IMG/VR virus record: IMGVR_UViG_3300045988_124525
Coordinates: 1-58,303 of that record
Source: a virus
Direction: 5' to 3' (one strand)
Length of the DNA stretch: 58,303 bases
Positions within the stretch are counted from its first letter, which is position 1. Each line of letters begins with the position of its first letter. The notes under the pieces are model-generated. The model saw nothing but the letters and a program-made list of their open reading frames with translations, did no database searches and had not been told where the DNA came from. A program made the position numbers and the translations under genes. Shown here piece after piece: positions 33,616 through 43,408 of this stretch.

Positions 33616-36600
33616 CTATTCCCGCATTTTTCTTCGCTTATACTCTTGAAAAGCAGCGTCATCGTTAGATCTCTTGATAGTTCTCCCTAAATCATAAATA
33701 GCGGCTTCAATCCTTTGGTTCGCTCTAATTATTTCTTCAGTGTCAAAATTATTGACGATCTGAACCGGCTCTCCTTTCTTATTGTGGGTAAGCCAATACG
33801 TGTTATCCACGAAGCGGCTAAGGAAAGCCGGATCATTGAGATCCGGAACGACCTCGGCTCCCGCCGGCAATGACAGCAAGGTGGGCTTATCCGGGGTAAT
33901 GTACGCCTTATCGCCTACCAATACCGCCTCACTACGGCCTCCATCGCCAACGATAGCCAGACCACCGGGGTGATTGTCGGTACCATGGGCGTATTTGGGG
34001 ATGGGTTGGGCTATGATCGTGGCGAGTTGTACGGCACCCATCGCCCCGACTAGTGCCGCTAGGACAAAATTAGGCAAAGCTTTAGTGACCGCTAGAGATG
34101 TGGCAGCTATTGTCTGGGCTATATCCATCGCCTTCTGGAACTTCGCCTGTCTAGTCTGCAACTCAGCTTTTTTCTTCTCCAGTTCCTTGTTCTTGCGGCT
34201 GGTCTCTTCTTCCTCCGCACGCTTGCGGGCCTCGGCCTCCTCTGTCGTTATTATATCTTTCTCGGCAAGAGCGTCTATAGTCTCAACCTTAGCGTCATAC
34301 TCCTCTTGGTTGGCCTCTATTTCCGCATCTACATTATCTATTTGACGCTGGAATAATGAATTACCGATTGATATGATAGCAGAGATCGATTCTTGTATCA
34401 AGCGCTTTTTAGCCTGTTCTACTTTTTTTCGTTCCTCTTCCTCTCGTTTGGCATCCTCTATGATTTTATCACTGGTCTCTTTCGATAACTGAACACGGAG
34501 GCGAGCGATCTCCTTCTCTTTCTCTAACCTCTCATCGCCTTCAAACAAATACAGATTTGATTCAAGTATACTTAATTGACTTTGTAATGACTCCATAGCA
34601 TACTGATGCTCCAGATCCGATTTCTGTTTCTCGTACTCTTTTTTCTTGATAATCCCTTGCTCATATTGTTTAGTCAAAGCATTAAGCTCTTCGTTTATCT
34701 CTATCTGTCTTTGAGAAAGGAGTATCTCGTTCTGAGACTGCTCCGTAGACATAAGACGTTTTCCGTAATCATTGTATAGAGTCTCTATTTGCTTTAGATA
34801 CTTTTCCTCTATCAACGCCCTGTCTTGGCCTGTTTTGTCCGCCTCTCTTAATTCTTTATCCTTTTGTAGTTGCAATATATCCAAGCGAGCGTCAAGCTCT
34901 TGCAAACTTCCCCTTTCTGCAATCGCAAGACGATTTTGAGCCTCCTCATTAGCTCTTTGCTCCGAGATCTTACGGTCGAATTCCGCCAACTTCTTGCTTC
35001 TCTCAGCCTCAATAGCCTCGATTTGCTCATTAACCCTTACGCCCTTCGTCTTTACGTCATCGATACGTTTTTGGAAAGATTGCTCCAAGAGAAGACGGTC
35101 TTTCTTATACCCCTCATCCATCACATTAAGACGAGCCTCCTGAATATTCCGTTCGGCCTCCATCTCTAATTTCTCCCTACGCTTGGCCTCTCGTTCTATT
35201 TGCTCCTGCTGTCGTTTAAGTTTCTCCTCGTTAGAGTATAGTTGAATATCGGAATTGTCTAATATTTTATTTTCTTCCTCTCTCAATTTAAGCATAGCAT
35301 TCAGATATATGTTTCCCGCCTTTTCAGCCTCCTTACCCTCCTTTTCTATAGAATCAGCCGCTTTGCCGGCTTTAGCTAAAGCTTCATCTGACGTATTGTA
35401 AAAGACTTCAAATCTATCAGTCAAAAATAATAGAGATTGAGCTGTTGGATCTAATACCTTTGTTAGATCAAACCTATCCCAAAACGTAGGATTTTTTCTT
35501 CTGTTTTCAGCCTCGATTTCCTTTTGTAACGCTTCTGTGTATTTTTCTTGAGCTAATTTTTGCGCAGCTGCCGCTTGTGCCCTTAATGACATAGCATTAA
35601 TAAAGGCCTTCGTATTATCTACTAGCAGATTCTCAGCGTCATTAACATCCGTAACTGACACATCTAATTTCTTAAACTCAGAGGCGTTATCAATGATAAA
35701 TTGCTTCTGCTTATTGAGATTATCTCCTAAATTATTCCATTCCGCTTGTAAGTTGCGTAATGTTACAAGATTCTCCCCATATGATGATGTCGAGTTCTTT
35801 AAAGCCTTGGCATAATCCCCGGTGGATGAATTCAAGTCTCTCTGGGCTTCCGAAGCGGCCTTAGCCGAACTAGAGGATGACAATAAGTTTTTACCCCACT
35901 CAAAGATATCCTTACCATATACGGTAAGTAGAGTTATACCAACCGACAACAAGGTATTCCAAGACAAAGCGGACTTAGCTATTTGCTTCCACACGGGAAC
36001 ACCTTTCAGTCCCTCCTCCCGTAAGGCGGCGTTCTCCTTCCTTATCCGAGATATTTGGTCTACCAATATAGGGATATTGTTAGAGATAGCGAGAAAGCCG
36101 GTCTGTAGAGATACCGAGAATGCGGGAAACTCACGGGTTAATTGATTGATTGCGTTTCCCATTCCATCCCATGTGGAGACATAATTACCCACGTTTCTCT
36201 GATGCTGTCCCAGACTTTTATCAACAGATTTTACCTGAGTGTCTAAAGCCGCTATATTCTTTTGTAACTCTACCCCTAACTTGCTGTTAGCGGCTTCCGT
36301 GGAAAGCATCCGATACGCCTTTCTCAGCCTCTCCAATTGCAACGATTGCTCTTGATAACTATCGTTGGCCGAGTTGATCATTTTTGTCTCATTCGTAAGA
36401 ATGTTCAACAGCTCTCTCAAGGATTCTCGATGAAGCAATTCAGACCTTACCAGATCCTGCCTCTTTTGCACGGCATCTTTAGTTGAGATAGCCCCGCTTT
36501 TCTCCATTTTATTCAATTGGCTTTTCTCCTTGGATAGTTGGGCCAATATCGTCCTTTCTTGAGCGACCCTACGTATATTCTCCTCCCTAGATCCCAATGT

Positions 36601-37035
36601 CTGGTCAATGAGTCCCTTCAATTCCTGACTTATGACAACCTCTTGTTGCTTGGCTTTCATGTTCTCCGAGATAGCGTTTGATTCCTTGGCTATGGAAGAG
36701 GATGATTGATCTAAACTATTTTGAACTTTCCCAGCTGCTTCCGCATATCTCTTGTTAACCTCTATCAGCTCATCAATCTTTCTCTTGTACTGGTCATTGG
36801 TCTTATTGAGAGTGTCAATCGTGCTTTTAAGCGCTGATACATTTTTCTTGTACTCCTCGATCTTGGCGTTCAACTCTGACAAGCTTGAGGGATTTATCGT
36901 CAACCCTTTCCCTATCTCTTTTACCAACCCGATATAGACATTCTGCGTATCCGCTAATTTCCTATCCAGACGCTCCAGTTGATCAAACGCCTCTTTCCCT
37001 ACTATATCAGTGATCTTAGTCTCGTTTCCCGCCAT
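33616..37035 (-). CDS. Tail tape measure protein
   Basis: 1139 aa. Long coiled-coil stretches plus a hydrophobic segment (ALPNFVLAALVGAMGAVQLATIIAQPI). Confidence 0.85.
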   Translation of the reverse strand: MAGNETKITDIVGKEAFDQLERLDRKLADTQNVYIGLVKEIGKGLTINPSSLSELNAKIEEYKKNVSALKSTIDTLNKTNDQYKRKIDELIEVNKRYAEAAGKVQNSLDQSSSSIAKESNAISENMKAKQQEVVISQELKGLIDQTLGSREENIRRVAQERTILAQLSKEKSQLNKMEKSGAISTKDAVQKRQDLVRSELLHRESLRELLNILTNETKMINSANDSYQEQSLQLERLRKAYRMLSTEAANSKLGVELQKNIAALDTQVKSVDKSLGQHQRNVGNYVSTWDGMGNAINQLTREFPAFSVSLQTGFLAISNNIPILVDQISRIRKENAALREEGLKGVPVWKQIAKSALSWNTLLSVGITLLTVYGKDIFEWGKNLLSSSSSAKAASEAQRDLNSSTGDYAKALKNSTSSYGENLVTLRNLQAEWNNLGDNLNKQKQFIIDNASEFKKLDVSVTDVNDAENLLVDNTKAFINAMSLRAQAAAAQKLAQEKYTEALQKEIEAENRRKNPTFWDRFDLTKVLDPTAQSLLFLTDRFEVFYNTSDEALAKAGKAADSIEKEGKEAEKAGNIYLNAMLKLREEENKILDNSDIQLYSNEEKLKRQQEQIEREAKRREKLEMEAERNIQEARLNVMDEGYKKDRLLLEQSFQKRIDDVKTKGVRVNEQIEAIEAERSKKLAEFDRKISEQRANEEAQNRLAIAERGSLQELDARLDILQLQKDKELREADKTGQDRALIEEKYLKQIETLYNDYGKRLMSTEQSQNEILLSQRQIEINEELNALTKQYEQGIIKKKEYEKQKSDLEHQYAMESLQSQLSILESNLYLFEGDERLEKEKEIARLRVQLSKETSDKIIEDAKREEEERKKVEQAKKRLIQESISAIISIGNSLFQRQIDNVDAEIEANQEEYDAKVETIDALAEKDIITTEEAEARKRAEEEETSRKNKELEKKKAELQTRQAKFQKAMDIAQTIAATSLAVTKALPNFVLAALVGAMGAVQLATIIAQPIPKYAHGTDNHPGGLAIVGDGGRSEAVLVGDKAYITPDKPTLLSLPAGAEVVPDLNDPAFLSRFVDNTYWLTHNKKGEPVQIVNNFDTEEIIRANQRIEAAIYDLGRTIKRSNDDAAFQEYKRRKMRE

Positions 37036-37612
37036 AATTCTTCATGTCCTCTAATTGGTTAAACATAATCCTTATCATATTCCCGTACTCGGCCGCGGTG
37101 AACGTGTCAGGATCGATACGCATCTTGAAATAGGTGGACACGATCATCCTCTCACGGGTGAAATCTTTATCCTTGGGGTCTACCACCTTAGACTTGTTCC
37201 TATCCAGAACGCTCAGGCTATATTTCACCTGCGACATCTTGGACTGGATTCTCTTTTTAGCGACGATCAGATCTTGCTCTCCCGGCTCCTCCGGCATGCG
37301 GATACCTACCCTGCCAAGAATATCCGAAGCGTCAGCGTACATCATAGCGTCTATCAAATGATCCGCTGACTCCAACAGGATAAGCTTGATATTGCAATCC
37401 ACCGCCCTTGACCGATCCTCTATCTCGATAGCGATATTCTTGTTCCCGGTTATAACGGAATACTCGTCAATAAGCCCCATCGCCGCTTTCCTTAACTCCC
37501 CATCGGTGGGCTTGGTACTCCCTCCTTTTATAAGGGCGTTAAGATTTCCCTTGTACATCTCGATGAATTTGCATAAAGGTATCTCATCGCATGTCGTGTA
37601 ATATGATCCCAT
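37016..37612 (-). CDS. Hypothetical protein, possible tail assembly chaperone
   Basis: Immediately upstream of, and overlapping, the tape-measure gene. The first 14 codons of ORF 37016..37654 derive from hairpin copy B. Confidence 0.35.
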   Translation of the reverse strand: MGSYYTTCDEIPLCKFIEMYKGNLNALIKGGSTKPTDGELRKAAMGLIDEYSVITGNKNIAIEIEDRSRAVDCNIKLILLESADHLIDAMMYADASDILGRVGIRMPEEPGEQDLIVAKKRIQSKMSQVKYSLSVLDRNKSKVVDPKDKDFTRERMIVSTYFKMRIDPDTFTAAEYGNMIRIMFNQLEDMKNYGGKRD

Positions 37613-37633
37613 AAAATTAGCTTTAATCATAAA

Positions 37634-37690
37634 CAAAAAAGAGCCACACCCCATAGACGTGACTCTATCGGGTATGGCTCTTAGGCTCTA
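37634..37690 (-). repeat. Late-operon hairpin element, copy B
   Basis: Minus strand: tagagcctaagagccatacccgatagagtcacgtctatggggtgtggctctttttt. Confidence 0.7.
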
Positions 37691-37754
37691 AATTATCTGT
37701 TTTATATTATCCCCAAATATAGGAATAATAAACTATCATGCATCTATTTAAGGA

Positions 37755-37787
37755 TAAAAAAACGACCCGAACACAAATTCGGATCGT
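37755..37787 (-). terminator. Rho-independent terminator ending the RBP2 cassette
   Basis: Minus strand: acgatccgaa-tttgtg-ttcgggtcgt followed by TTTTTTT. Confidence 0.7.
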
Positions 37788-37814
37788 CTCCTTCACTAAA
37801 GACGAACAAAGAAA

Positions 37815-37985
37815 TCAATCCTTGCTCCAATTTCCGTAGCAATCTTGGCTATAGCCCTCTCTTTCCAAGGTATCATGCGCTTCTTGAATGTCATGTTCCC
37901 TAAAGCATTCATTAGGGTAAGAAGTCCCATACTCGCCACCGTTCTCTATAACATCCATAGCTTCATCTACATCATAAGGTCTCAT
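37815..37985 (-). CDS. Hypothetical small protein (56 aa)
   Basis: MRPYDVDEAMDVIENGGEYGTSYPNECFREHDIQEAHDTLEREGYSQDCYGNWSKD*. Confidence 0.4.
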   Translation of the reverse strand: MRPYDVDEAMDVIENGGEYGTSYPNECFREHDIQEAHDTLEREGYSQDCYGNWSKD

Positions 37986-38076
37986 AGGTTCTAATTTTTA
38001 AAGTTAACATCACAATGTTACGAAATCATATGACAAAACACAAGAATCCTAGGATGTTTGACAACATTGTCATACA

Positions 38077-38184
38077 TCATACCCCTGCCGGTGACACGAA
38101 GTCCATCGCCGTGACAACGGCGGCTATGGCGATAGACTTTAACCAGTTTGCGAGGTCGGATATGTAGGAGAGGTAGCGATACAT
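38077..38184 (-). pseudogene. Truncated duplicate of the holin 5' end
   Basis: 38090-38184 is ~88% identical to 21159-21253. It encodes MYRYLSYISDLANWLKSIAIAAVVTAMDFVSP, then diverges and stops. Confidence 0.75.
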
Positions 38185-38220
38185 GATGCTATGTTTTTAT
38201 GATTTAGATTATTTTACAAC

Positions 38221-40629
38221 CTATAGGTTTCTAATAGCAGCTTCAACAATTGAAGCCATTCTTTTTTGAATCCAAGCATCAACATATTCTGTTGGATGCC
38301 AACCATATGTTACTCCATTTATCACCTCTGTATCTCCTCCATCTTTTGTATCGGCATGTAATATGGATATTTGCTCATTAGTTATGGGATGGACTTGATT
38401 TTTTGAGAAACCTATATTTTTATCAAACTCACAGAGTATAAAACCCCATTTTTTCTGGAGATTCCTTATACTCTCATTGAAAATTGTTCTAGCATCATGC
38501 CAATGAGTACATACAACGATTATACAAGGCTTCCCACTTTTAGTTCCATACCATTTAGATGATGGATCATCTTTTAGAGCATAGCAATCCGCATAATATT
38601 TTTTCAACACATAATCCCAGCAAATTGACTTATCAGAGTTGCCAAAAGGAAGTTCATAATCCCTATAGTCTTCCTTTATGTTCTCATAATCATCCACCAC
38701 TTGATTGTGAGAATGAAATATCATAAAAATATCAAATGTCTCTAATTCGTCCTTAGAATAAAGAGTACCCTCAGCCATCTTATTTGCAGTGTGTACTATG
38801 GTTTCACCACTCACAGCTTTATTATAACCTGTTATATTTAAATCATTAACTACATGCGAGAACCATTCATTTCCGGGAAATGCAAAGGATGCTCCAGTAA
38901 GTAATATATTTTTACTAATAACAAAATTATTATTAGAATCAGCATGCAAGTCATAAGAAGTACCCTTATATTCTTCATAATCTGTTGGTGAACTACCTTG
39001 TTCGATTTGAGCCTTTGTTAAATCTGCTGCAGATTCTATTTCATCACTTTGGATTAAGGCGCGAACAAAATAAGCACCATAACTAACATATTTTATCGTA
39101 ACAGAACCATACAAATCGCCATCCTCTAATGATAGACTGTGACTAGTTCTTTTTATAAAATTACCATTCCTGTCAAAATAAGCTAAATATAAATTTTTAA
39201 TATCTTTACTATAAATAGCCATATGAGAGAAAGAGTAATTTACTCCATCTTCAAGAAATAATCTATTGGAAAATACGCCATGTGGATGTTCAACAACCAT
39301 TCCAGATGACAAGGTATATCCATACATTAAATCATTAGGATTTAATAAGTTTTTCCCTTTAGGTTTCTCTTTAGAAATTAATCGTAGTTGCTGCAAGAAA
39401 AAACTATCATTATCATCTAATGCAAATAAGTCCTTTCCTGAAAATTGTTTTATACTTGTTTTGATACCTCCAACCTCTAATTGAATAATATCGGGATTAT
39501 ATTCTACGTTAGCATTCCCTTTTAGAATAAATCTCACGTATGACGTACCTTTTAAAGCTTTAAACTTAAAAGTGCATGCATTATTTTCTTCTTGATTATC
39601 AATAGGATGCAAAGACCTGCCGATATAATTATCCATCTGATCAAACATCGCTATATAAATATTATTATTATTAAAAGGATTTATTCCTTGAACAGTATAT
39701 ATACATCCATCTCTAAGATATATTTTATCAGAGGATACCGTGTTTTTTTCAGGGAGCCATACCCCATCACTTAAAGACCATCCATTCAAAACACTATTTA
39801 CATTTAGTATATTTTGATAAGGTCTGTAGTTTAGAGATGAAAATGTAGAATTGACTAATTCATTGTTTTTTGAAATGTAATCATTTAAATGACTATTTAT
39901 ACTATCAATAACATATTTACGAGTTGCTCCTGCTCCATCTTGAGTTATAATTAAATCATTATACCCATTAGGATTTTCTGATCTTTTAAGATTGATCAAA
40001 CACAATACCGCATTCTCTTTAAAATCACGACCTAAATAATTATTAGTTGATGGTATAATATCTTTAAAATACCCAATTAAACTATGAGTAGCACCAGATA
40101 TATTTAGATTTGTACAATTAGGGTATATATATACCCATACACAATCATATAACGGATCATTAATATATTTGTCAAAACTGCCATCACTCAAATAATTAGC
40201 CATACTCCCTAAATCAACATATGCTTTACCGGAGAATGACATGGATTTTATATCGTTATTTAATAAATAATTTTTCAGACTAGTCTCTTTCACGTCCGTG
40301 CCAATCCACGCCCCCGCCTCATGATCAGCCGTGAACTCGTACAAGAGGCCTCCGTAATTGACAATCTCGCCCTTTACGTAGTCCTTCGTGTCGGAGAAGA
40401 CTGGGTACGTGTCTAGGCCTATATTCTTGGTCATGCTTTCCTCTGCGGCAGCTATAGACTCCAACGCTTCGTCTTGTGCCTCCTTTATTTTGCCTATATC
40501 CATTCCTGCCAATTTGTAATCAAGACGCTTCCCGTCTTTATCATAGACGGCGCTCTCAGGAGTCAAGTTAGCCACCGGATTCCCGTTAATATCCCTGTGC
40601 TGATATATAGTAACATTTTTTTTAGCCAT
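38221..40629 (-). CDS. Tail fibre / receptor-binding protein 2 with a possible SGNH-like esterase C-terminal domain
   Basis: 802 aa, AT-rich. The N-terminal ~120 aa are paralogous to RBP1 (17-nt identity gtccgtgccaatccacg). The C-terminus has LLTGASFA..AVSGET..FHSHN..GWHPT, loosely SGNH-like. Confidence 0.55.
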   Translation of the reverse strand: MAKKNVTIYQHRDINGNPVANLTPESAVYDKDGKRLDYKLAGMDIGKIKEAQDEALESIAAAEESMTKNIGLDTYPVFSDTKDYVKGEIVNYGGLLYEFTADHEAGAWIGTDVKETSLKNYLLNNDIKSMSFSGKAYVDLGSMANYLSDGSFDKYINDPLYDCVWVYIYPNCTNLNISGATHSLIGYFKDIIPSTNNYLGRDFKENAVLCLINLKRSENPNGYNDLIITQDGAGATRKYVIDSINSHLNDYISKNNELVNSTFSSLNYRPYQNILNVNSVLNGWSLSDGVWLPEKNTVSSDKIYLRDGCIYTVQGINPFNNNNIYIAMFDQMDNYIGRSLHPIDNQEENNACTFKFKALKGTSYVRFILKGNANVEYNPDIIQLEVGGIKTSIKQFSGKDLFALDDNDSFFLQQLRLISKEKPKGKNLLNPNDLMYGYTLSSGMVVEHPHGVFSNRLFLEDGVNYSFSHMAIYSKDIKNLYLAYFDRNGNFIKRTSHSLSLEDGDLYGSVTIKYVSYGAYFVRALIQSDEIESAADLTKAQIEQGSSPTDYEEYKGTSYDLHADSNNNFVISKNILLTGASFAFPGNEWFSHVVNDLNITGYNKAVSGETIVHTANKMAEGTLYSKDELETFDIFMIFHSHNQVVDDYENIKEDYRDYELPFGNSDKSICWDYVLKKYYADCYALKDDPSSKWYGTKSGKPCIIVVCTHWHDARTIFNESIRNLQKKWGFILCEFDKNIGFSKNQVHPITNEQISILHADTKDGGDTEVINGVTYGWHPTEYVDAWIQKRMASIVEAAIRNL

Positions 40630-40652
40630 ATCTTATTGTCTTTAATAATATC

Positions 40653-40853
40653 TCATAGATAATGAATATACTCAACGATCTTTCCCTTTGATTCTATAGC
40701 GTTCATAGGCTCGAAGGCAAACGTGCCATCCGTTTTACGGATAAGCACGTAAATGCGTTTATCGGAAACGGCCATCTTGATAGCCAGCCTCCTTATGTTC
40801 TCGTATGTGGCCATCGCCCTGTTCTGCGAGGCGCAATTGCACGGCTTTATCAT
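40653..40853 (-). CDS. Hypothetical protein
   Basis: 66-aa ORF with an ATGA overlap onto the upstream gene. Confidence 0.45.
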   Translation of the reverse strand: MIKPCNCASQNRAMATYENIRRLAIKMAVSDKRIYVLIRKTDGTFAFEPMNAIESKGKIVEYIHYL

Positions 40854-41398
40854 TTGAACCCGTATTTCTTGAATAACTTATCCAACGCGGGGACAACCCG
40901 TTCCTCAATCAAATAAGCCCTAGCCTCCGGGGTCAAACCCAGATGACCGGGGCCGTATTTCTTCTCTAAAGCGTCGTCACCGGCATAGAAACCGATGGAT
41001 CTCGTGACTATCTTGCCACCATCCTTGCCGCCTTGCACGATCGGCGTTATACTGGCGTGGTAATCGCCTCGTATGATAAGGTTGGGGGTGTTAGGGTCCC
41101 GTGGCGGTAGATGGAGTATGTCGGAGGACCTAGGCGGGGTTATGCTTTCCTTCATCGCCTTGTACCATCTGGCCTTGGCCCTCGCCGCCTTCGGGGTCTT
41201 CGTGGTCTCCACGAAATACGGGTCATCCAGATAAGTAGGCTTCAAAGGCTCCTTGTTCTCGTCTAGCCCGGACATGAGTTGATCAGTGATCAAGTCATGG
41301 ATCAATCCCTCGCTCTCCCTCAAGCTCTTCGTAACCTCCGGCCAGAAGTTCTTCTCCAGCGTCCTCACGGCGTTCGCCACTCCCGCTATCGTCCCCAT
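40850..41398 (-). CDS. Hypothetical tail-module protein
   Basis: 182-aa ORF. Confidence 0.5.
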   Translation of the reverse strand: MGTIAGVANAVRTLEKNFWPEVTKSLRESEGLIHDLITDQLMSGLDENKEPLKPTYLDDPYFVETTKTPKAARAKARWYKAMKESITPPRSSDILHLPPRDPNTPNLIIRGDYHASITPIVQGGKDGGKIVTRSIGFYAGDDALEKKYGPGHLGLTPEARAYLIEERVVPALDKLFKKYGFK

Positions 41399-41555
41399 GG
41401 TTCCTCTCCATTATATCATAAGCGTCACATAGTATCCTCCTTCGATCCGCCATTCCCCGGTCAAGGAAGAAAGATCCCTCGTGAGCCTTCACGAAAACCT
41501 TCCTTCCCATCCCGAGGCAAGCCTCATCATTGAACGATACCCCGTTTATGACCAT
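41295..41555 (-). CDS. Hypothetical protein overlapping the next gene by 104 nt
   Basis: 86-aa ORF directly after the putative tail tube gene. Confidence 0.4.
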   Translation of the reverse strand: MVINGVSFNDEACLGMGRKVFVKAHEGSFFLDRGMADRRRILCDAYDIMERNHGDDSGSGERREDAGEELLAGGYEELEGERGIDP

Positions 41556-42394
41556 TGCTCTATACCTTTAACGTCCTCGGCGTATAACTCGGATGGCCTC
41601 TTGAGCGCGGGAGTGCCGGAGGACGGGGTAAGAGACAGCGTGCCGTCATCGGGATTATACGTGGCGGCTGTCACGTTATTCCACACGGAGGAGGCGCCTA
41701 ATAGCGTACCGTACATCTCAGTCAAGTCAAAACCTCCATAATGCTCCACGACCTTGTACTTATTCTCGCCTGTAGCCAATTTCTTGACATCCACCCAGAC
41801 CAATCCCTTCGCCTCGTCCAAGATATCGATATCGCTAGTGAAAGATATAGCGTTCATCCATGCCTTCTCAACATCCTTATAAACGAGGTTGATCGTAAGC
41901 GATGCGTTCTCTCCGGAACTCTTGAACCTCTGTCCACCCGGATAAACGGCACCGAGCTCATATCCCCTGAAATCACCTTCCGTATCGGTCTTCTCTCCAT
42001 ATACGACATTATTCTTGTCGATGAAGATCACCCTCATGCTCTCGTTCTTGAGCTTCATGAGATTGGTTCGCAAGCCCTCGTCATAATCGTTCATCGTGTA
42101 AGTCTCGACAAGCTCGCTATAACCCGTGATCTTGGACGAGCCATAACCGGTAGCCGATGTCTGTGCCTCGCCTCCGGAAGTGGCGTACTCAGCGATCGTC
42201 GAGATCGGATAGACACGGTTCGGACGGTCGGCGTGGGCGTACTCTCCCAGCTTCGTGTCAAAATCGGATATCTTGAACGTCATACCTACCGGAGTGAGTA
42301 TGATCGCCTTGATATAGTCGGGAACGAACGGACACTTGCTCGTGCCGGTATTGAAAATCTCGGAACCGCAGTCCCTGAACATTTTTACTGCCAT
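41546..42394 (-). CDS. Putative major tail (tube) protein
   Basis: Assigned from position (after the head-completion genes) and size only. Confidence 0.4.
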   Translation of the reverse strand: MAVKMFRDCGSEIFNTGTSKCPFVPDYIKAIILTPVGMTFKISDFDTKLGEYAHADRPNRVYPISTIAEYATSGGEAQTSATGYGSSKITGYSELVETYTMNDYDEGLRTNLMKLKNESMRVIFIDKNNVVYGEKTDTEGDFRGYELGAVYPGGQRFKSSGENASLTINLVYKDVEKAWMNAISFTSDIDILDEAKGLVWVDVKKLATGENKYKVVEHYGGFDLTEMYGTLLGASSVWNNVTAATYNPDDGTLSLTPSSGTPALKRPSELYAEDVKGIEQWS

Positions 42395-42396
42395 AA

Positions 42397-42909
42397 TTAT
42401 CTACATGTTATATTTTTTACATTTAATCTTAAATCCTTAATATCAATAGCGTCTATGCGATCGTCGAACTCGCTTTTCCCCTCGCCATACACGCCAGCCC
42501 TTCCATACCTGAAATTATCGGTCTTCACATGGGATACTATCGCCCCGGGGCCTATATCAAACTTGCGATCGTTGGATATCCTCCTTATAAGGCTGTCATA
42601 TACCGGATACAACGTAGCCTTGAAGGACTTCTCCAATCGCTCCTCATTGGTATAATTCCCCAACGTATTCACGGCTATTATCAAGGAAAGGCTCACGGAC
42701 GTTAAGGAGGGGTTGGATTTATCCTCGTCGAACGGGGAATATAACCCTATCATAGGATATTTCCTTCCCGCCGTTACGGGTGCCTTCCCCATGGCGGAAA
42801 GCGTCTTGGCCATATATTGCCAATCGCCGAATTGGTAATTGACCATATACCCAACGTCTTTTGAAACGCCAGCGACGATATCCCTGAATATATCCACCAA
42901 GACATTCAT
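42397..42909 (-). CDS. Hypothetical head-tail joining protein
   Basis: Position between the capsid and tail tube genes. Confidence 0.4.
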   Translation of the reverse strand: MNVLVDIFRDIVAGVSKDVGYMVNYQFGDWQYMAKTLSAMGKAPVTAGRKYPMIGLYSPFDEDKSNPSLTSVSLSLIIAVNTLGNYTNEERLEKSFKATLYPVYDSLIRRISNDRKFDIGPGAIVSHVKTDNFRYGRAGVYGEGKSEFDDRIDAIDIKDLRLNVKNITCR

Positions 42910-43406
42910 ATATTCATCTCATTTATATGGGTCAATATATTCCTGTCAATATCCATGTCCTCCTTGAAAGACTCCCTTATGCGATCCGATATCCCGATGT
43001 TGATATCCACCATATTATTCCAAGCTTGGGTCATCATCCTTGAGGTATGCGCCAATATCCGCCTCACGTCCACGTCATCGGACGTGGAGGATACGGATAT
43101 CAGCGTCTCGTTTCTCTGGTAATGAAAATAGACATACATAGCCATGGGAGACCTATCCGATCTCAATATCCCTAGGATATAATCAAACATGTCGTTTCCC
43201 TTCCTGCCATTATCGGCGTAATCGACGAATGAGTCATAATATCCTCCCATGAGCGAGACGAGGTACTCGTCCCCGTAGGTCTCGATATACCATACCACGT
43301 TCTCCGATATGGCATTGGAAGCCTCATTGGAGAATCCCCCGTCCTCCGGTATCACGAGTCCCTGTATCCTAAGGTCTCCCTTGAAGTACGCATTGTCTAT
43401 TATCAT
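42906..43406 (-). CDS. Hypothetical head-tail joining protein
   Basis: Position; 4-nt overlap with the next gene. Confidence 0.4.
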   Translation of the reverse strand: MIIDNAYFKGDLRIQGLVIPEDGGFSNEASNAISENVVWYIETYGDEYLVSLMGGYYDSFVDYADNGRKGNDMFDYILGILRSDRSPMAMYVYFHYQRNETLISVSSTSDDVDVRRILAHTSRMMTQAWNNMVDINIGISDRIRESFKEDMDIDRNILTHINEMNI

Positions 43407-43408
43407 CG

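Noticed and set aside
40850-41555. Programmed -1 frameshift (gpG/GT-type tail chaperone) in the 104-nt overlap of ORFs 41295..41555 and 40850..41398
   Set aside because: The position after the tail tube gene is suggestive. However, the downstream ORF has its own ATG, and I found no XXXYYYZ slippery heptamer in the overlap.
41741-42655. 304-aa plus-strand ORF opposite the tail tube and head-tail genes
   Set aside because: It is antisense to two well-spaced minus-strand late genes and shows no motif. It is probably an artefact of codon bias.
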